A stretch of DNA of 64,000 bases, taken from contig CM000154.2 in assembly GCA_000004695.1 (NCBI GenBank), positions 32,001 through 96,000 of the forward strand. Reading direction: 5' to 3'. The position numbers were made by a program, and so were the translations under genes. Each line of letters opens with the position of its first letter. The first letter of the stretch is position 1. This DNA is from Dictyostelium discoideum. Lineage: Eukaryota. This document shows, one piece after another, positions 59,906 to 64,000 of the stretch. The notes under the pieces were generated by a model, which made no database searches, had not been told where the DNA came from, and saw nothing but the letters and a program-made list of their open reading frames with translations.

Positions 59906-61629
59906 TTATTCTGGAGATTCAGCAATAACGAAATCATTTGAGAAACCTGGTATACCTTTACTTGATGGCCAACGAGTTAATTTGACAGAATCAGCTACAA
60001 CAGTTTTTGAAGGGTCAATACCTCTATTTGAAAGTGAAATAATTGGTTGATTACCAGCAACAATGAAAAAACTATCTAATCTTATCCATCTTGCACCATA
60101 ATGAACTTGATCCACAGGGAAATAGTAGATCATACCGTCACCAGGCTCAACTTTATAGGATACAGATGTATGAAGATCACCATTTGGGAACCATACACAT
60201 ACTTCATATAAACCAGTTACATTGATAGTGAACGACCAAGTTACGGTACTAGTTGGAGTGACACCACCTGAAATATATAGAAAACTATTATTATAAGCTT
60301 GAATTGAAGTATCCAATGTCCAAGGTGCACCAGTTACAGTGCAATTCTTATCTTGAGATGTCATTACAATCTTATTTGGACATCCGATATCAATACCCAA
60401 TGATCTAATCAAGTCACCAGCAAAGTTTCCTAAAATCGATGATTGATAAGGTGCATGTCCAAAATTTTCATAACCATTACTAAATATACTAAAAATCATT
60501 TCACCACCATTTGGTAATACCAAATGAGCGATTTCATTTAAATCCTTTGTACTTGATGATGTACCCAATACTGAATGTAAAGTTGTACCCGGTGGTAAAC
60601 CAAAACCAATACTTGTAAATGTTGAAAAAGTTTGTCTACTTATTAAATCGGTCATATATGATTGACCTTCTGATAAAATACCTGATTTCACTAAATTCAA
60701 CATTAACAATGCTGAATCATATGGACACATTTGATTATCTCCCATTAATTTTTGAATTAATCCTTCTCCCCATGTTGCACTATTTTTTACAATTAATTAA
60801 TAAATAAATAAATTAATAAATTAATAAATAAATCAAACCATTATTATTATTATTATTATTATTAGTTTTTATTTATTTTTAAAATAACTACATACGTTGG
60901 ACCAGAATTTGAAGGATAAAATTTATTAATTATAGTTTGATTACCTAATAAATTAAAAGAATTTAAAAATAATTCAATAGATTCTCTTTTTGTTAACCAA
61001 CTTTGAAAACCTGTTGAATTTGATGTTTGAAATTCTTGATTTGGTGCATCTGTAATTATATCCATTAAAATACCTGCATGTATAGAACTCATATCATTCA
61101 TCATTGGTCCTGCTGCCGTTTGTAAACAATGTGGATCATTATTTTGATTCATACACCAACTATGATAATTTTTTCAAATAATAAATAAATTAATAATTTA
61201 CTCTATATATATATATATATACATAATGTATATTATTAATTATATACTTTACTTTACAGCAGCAGCTAATAAAGGTAAGAATAAAGTTTGTTGTGGATTT
61301 GAATTATTTTTACCATTAAAAGTTGCTAATTGCCAATAACCAATTGGATTTGAAACTAAAATTGCAAAATCTAATTTACTAATAGTTTGATTACCATGTA
61401 TATTTAAAAGATTCTGTCTTGATTTCATTGCTAATTCTAATAAATTATCATCTTCTTTTATTACAAATGGCGATTGATTATAAATTGTATTCGAACTATC
61501 AAATGGTAAACTAAAAACTACTAAACAAACCACTATTGCCGTTATAATTAATATAACTATCATTGGTAATATCTTTTTCCTAAAATTCCATTTCTTTTTC
61601 TTTCTTAAATATATTTTACCTGTATTTGA

Positions 61630-61686
<57 letters not shown>

Positions 61687-61854
61687 TATATTATTATTAT
61701 TATTATTATTATTGTTATTATTATTATTATTTACACCGATGTTATTTCTGTTATTTATATTATTTTTATTATTTCTTTGATTTATATGATTGTTATTATT
61801 ATCATTATTTTCATTATTGTTTATTAATAAAGAATGTTCATTAACAGATGTCAT
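59906..61854 (-). CDS. uncharacterised membrane-anchored/secreted protein, 3 exons (61249..61854, about 60888..about 61170, 59906..about 60787)
   Basis: Exon 1: poly-Asn N-terminus, basic stretch, then TM helix 'ILPMIVILIITAIVVCLVVF' and '...LLAAAVK|GTAAAG'. Exon 2: '...HCLQTAAGPMMNDMSSIHAGILMDIITDAPNQEF...YPSNSGPT|GTATGT'. Exon 3 after AAAAATAG: '(T)ATWGEGLIQKLMGDNQMCPYDSALLMLNLV...'. Frames are consistent. Family not recognised; the composition is less Asn-biased than its neighbours. Confidence 0.5.
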
Positions 61855-62029
61855 TCTCTTTAATTTATTCGTTTATATAAAAATAATCAAAAAAGAATTA
61901 CAAAAAAAAAAAAAAAAAAAATTTGACTATATATTGCAGATATTCCACAACCCTAGCTTTTTTTTTTTAAAAAATAAAATTATTTTTTTTTTTTTTTTCA
62001 AATCAATTTTCTATAAACTATTTTTTTAT

Positions 62030-62074
<45 letters not shown>

Positions 62075-62410
62075 TTCTTTGTTCTTTTGGAAAAGTTGTT
62101 TCAAATTTATAAAAGTTAATAATTGTTTTGTAAGTGATAAAAAAAAAGTTAACAATTGTTTTTATTTTTCTTTATTTTTATATTATATATAGGTAGTGGG
62201 TGTGGTTAAATTCTAAACCACAAATTTAATCACACATAAACACCTATTATCTCTATGAGTTATTTTTTTTATATTTTATTTTAAGAAATAAATAATCCTT
62301 AATCTTTTGCAATCTTTTTTTTTTTAAAATAAATTAATAAATAAATAAATAAATAAAATAAATAAATAAATAAAATAAATAAATAAAATAAATAAATAAA
62401 TAAAATGTTT

Positions 62411-62443
<33 letters not shown>

Positions 62444-62543
62444 NNNNNNNNNNNNNNNNNNNNNNNNNNNNNNNNNNNNNNNNNNNNNNNNNNNNNNNNN
62501 NNNNNNNNNNNNNNNNNNNNNNNNNNNNNNNNNNNNNNNNNNN
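62444..62543. other. assembly gap (100 N) inside an oligo(T)/oligo(A) tract
   Basis: Run of exactly 100 n characters. Confidence 0.99.
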
Positions 62544-62596
62544 GTTTTTATTGCCCTTAAAAAAATAAATAATGTGATAAGAACAATTAATAAAAA

Positions 62597-63862
62597 ATGA
62601 AACTTTTAATAGTTTTAATATTAATAATTTCATTATTTTTTAATAATATTAATTGTAATTTATTAGGAAAATCATTATCAAAATCAAATCAAGTTGCCCC
62701 ATTAATATCAAGTGTTTTTACATTATTAATTACAAATGATGGCGATATCGATTATTTAAATGTTTATATTAATGGTAATTTTACAAATGAAAATACTGGT
62801 GGTGGTAATGGTAAAAAGAATGAAAATATGATAATCAATTTCAATGGTAATGAAATCAAGGATTATAAATATCAACATGATGCTAAAAATGGTTCAATCA
62901 GTACAGATTTAATTTTATTTAGTTTATATGGTGATAATATTAAATCTGGTAATGTTTCAATCACCTATGGTAATGGTTTAAAGAGTAATGAAATGTCATT
63001 CCAATTGAAATCATTTGTATCTAGAATTAAAAAACCAAATACAACTGGTGGTTTATTAGAATTAATTGGTAATTTTTATTTTTTAAATGATTCAAGTAGA
63101 GTTAATTCTAAAGTTTTCATTACCACTTCAAAACAACAACAACAACACCAACAACAAGAAAAAAAAGAAGAATGTCAAATTATATCAATTGATAATTCAA
63201 AAATTAAATGCTTTATTGATTCAAATTTAAATAAAATTAGTAATTTTGGTGAAAAATTTCAAATTAAAATAAGTAATATTTATAATTTTCAAAATGAATC
63301 ATCATTAGAATTTAGTTTTGCACCAATTTCAATTGATTCAGTTTATGGTATTGATAGAATTAATCAATGTCAAATAACTATCATTGGTAAAAACTTTGAT
63401 AATAAACTAACTGATGGTTCAATTGATCAATTATCAATTAACATTAAACAAAGTGATAATTCCTTTAGAAATTGTTCAAAACCAATTTTATCAACAAACT
63501 CTGTTTTAATTTGTAATTTAGATAAATCATCAAATTATAAACAACCAACAATTATTGGTGATGAAATTTTCATTAATGGCAAATCATTATTCTATATTGA
63601 TATTATTAATCAAGATTCAAAGAAAAACAACAACAATGATAATAGTGATCAAGTAAACAATGATGAAAGTAGGAAAACAAGTGATGAAATTCATAAATTA
63701 ATTTTAACTGTTATCGTTTTATCTTCAATTTTAATTTTCATTTTCATCGTTGTTTTAATTGTTTTAATTTTTAGAAAAACTTATCCAAATGATTCAAATA
63801 ATAGAGATTACTTTAAATTAATGTATTGTTCAAATGAATTAGATGAAACAACTTTTAATTAA
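62597..63862 (+). CDS. type I transmembrane cell-surface protein (signal peptide, beta-rich IPT/TIG-like extracellular repeats, C-terminal TM helix and short tail); single exon
   Basis: 421-aa ORF: N-terminal 'MKLLIVLILIISLFFNNINC', repeated 'G-x-NF/Y...C...I' style modules, a C-terminal hydrophobic 'LILTVIVLSSILIFIFIVVLIVLIF' segment followed by basic residues. Confidence 0.65.
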   Translation: MKLLIVLILIISLFFNNINCNLLGKSLSKSNQVAPLISSVFTLLITNDGDIDYLNVYINGNFTNENTGGGNGKKNENMIINFNGNEIKDYKYQHDAKNGSISTDLILFSLYGDNIKSGNVSITYGNGLKSNEMSFQLKSFVSRIKKPNTTGGLLELIGNFYFLNDSSRVNSKVFITTSKQQQQHQQQEKKEECQIISIDNSKIKCFIDSNLNKISNFGEKFQIKISNIYNFQNESSLEFSFAPISIDSVYGIDRINQCQITIIGKNFDNKLTDGSIDQLSINIKQSDNSFRNCSKPILSTNSVLICNLDKSSNYKQPTIIGDEIFINGKSLFYIDIINQDSKKNNNNDNSDQVNNDESRKTSDEIHKLILTVIVLSSILIFIFIVVLIVLIFRKTYPNDSNNRDYFKLMYCSNELDETTFN

Positions 63863-64000
63863 ATAAAAAATAAAAATAAATTTTTTTAAAAATATATTCT
63901 TTATTTATATAAAAAATTTTATTTATTTTATTATTTTTATTATTATTATTTTGTAAATCTAAAGAATCTGAAGTTTATATCCCATATTTAAGATATAAGG

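Overview
This window reads as nuclear chromosomal DNA from a Dictyostelium-type amoebozoan, not a prokaryote. It is roughly 75-80% A+T, and the intergenic spacers and introns are dominated by long poly(dA)/poly(dT) runs. Introns are short with GTAAGT/GTATGT...(T)nAG boundaries. Many coding regions carry long in-frame AAT/CAA/ACA tracts encoding poly-Asn/Gln/Thr. I can support about 30 protein-coding genes, most of them multi-exon and assembled by hand from the ORF track plus splice signals. The recognisable ones are MESH1/HDDC3, Gemin2, a Rab11-like GTPase, glycine dehydrogenase, kynurenine-type aminotransferase, Cdh1/Fzr, Dcp1, gephyrin, a CDCA7-like zinc-finger protein, C1D/Rrp47 (exon 1 only), WDR5, GPI-transamidase Gaa1, an SDR reductase, TRIAP1/Mdm35 and a citrate-synthase-like protein. 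There is one tRNA-Lys(UUU) gene with a downstream external B box, flanked on both sides by compositionally atypical blocks that look like tRNA-targeted non-LTR retroelement remnants. There are many coding microsatellites, one stretch of apparently low-quality sequence, one 100-N assembly gap, and no CRISPR, operon-like or prokaryotic defence architecture. I find no evidence for an undescribed biological 'system'. The items most worth a second look are a citrate-synthase paralogue with apparently substituted catalytic residues, the tRNA/retroelement landing pad, a perfect 31-bp inverted repeat in a promoter region, a kinase-like gene broken by a 1-bp homopolymer frameshift, and a family of paralogous surface glycoprotein genes sharing a conserved C-terminal exon. 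All functional calls are from motif recognition by eye and memory of family sequences; no database search was run.
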